Source: Psammoneis japonica (Eukaryota). From it: a stretch of DNA of 64,000 bases. Location of the stretch: NCBI GenBank assembly GCA_008632985.1, contig QPGO01000032.1, forward strand, positions 183,330-247,329. Reading direction: 5' to 3'. The notes under the pieces are model-generated. The model was not told the DNA's origin and searched no databases. It saw only the letters and a program-made list of their open reading frames with translations. The translations under genes were made by a program, and so were the position numbers. How positions within the stretch are numbered: position 1 is the stretch's first letter; each line of letters starts with the position of its first letter. Positions 63,936-64,000 of the stretch are shown one piece after another.

Positions 63936-64000
63936 ACCAGAGGATGTGATTAAAGGAAAGACCAAGGGTGCTCACCATTCCCACGGGTGGAACGATGTTG

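Noticed and set aside
33444..63953. Hundreds of overlapping Cys/His-rich, Tyr-poor ORFs in all six frames
   Set aside because: An artefact of TA loss, which removes TAA/TAG stops and Tyr codons. Not real genes.

Overview
Eukaryotic nuclear DNA, almost certainly from a diatom: there is an Lhcf/FCP gene with an AFAP bipartite plastid-targeting motif, short GT-AG introns and diatom-type transposable elements (TEs). A gene island (~3.5-24.3 kb) holds an RFxV/coiled-coil/Q-rich protein, a two-dsRBD protein with a GNAT-like C-terminus, Lhcf, an AsnRS pseudogene, an LRR gene with one internal stop, Sec24, selenoprotein K (with SECIS) and a CDK5RAP3-like gene. Around it are blocks of nested TE relics: a tyrosine-recombinase retrotransposon, MULE, a P/THAP9-like transposase, a Copia gag, and six copies of a ~400-bp MITE with 4-bp TSDs. 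The dominant signal is a repeat-restricted hypermutation that converts TpA to TpG or CpA (A:T to G:C, on both strands), the opposite polarity to fungal RIP. TE blocks are nearly devoid of TA and have sharp edges. MITE copies differ almost only at TA sites. Conserved Tyr codons of TE enzymes have become Cys or His, and some changes fall in strand-coordinated runs. A decayed bacterial-type T6SS Hcp (tail-tube) domain also lies inside the TE block. All counts are by eye and no database searches were run.
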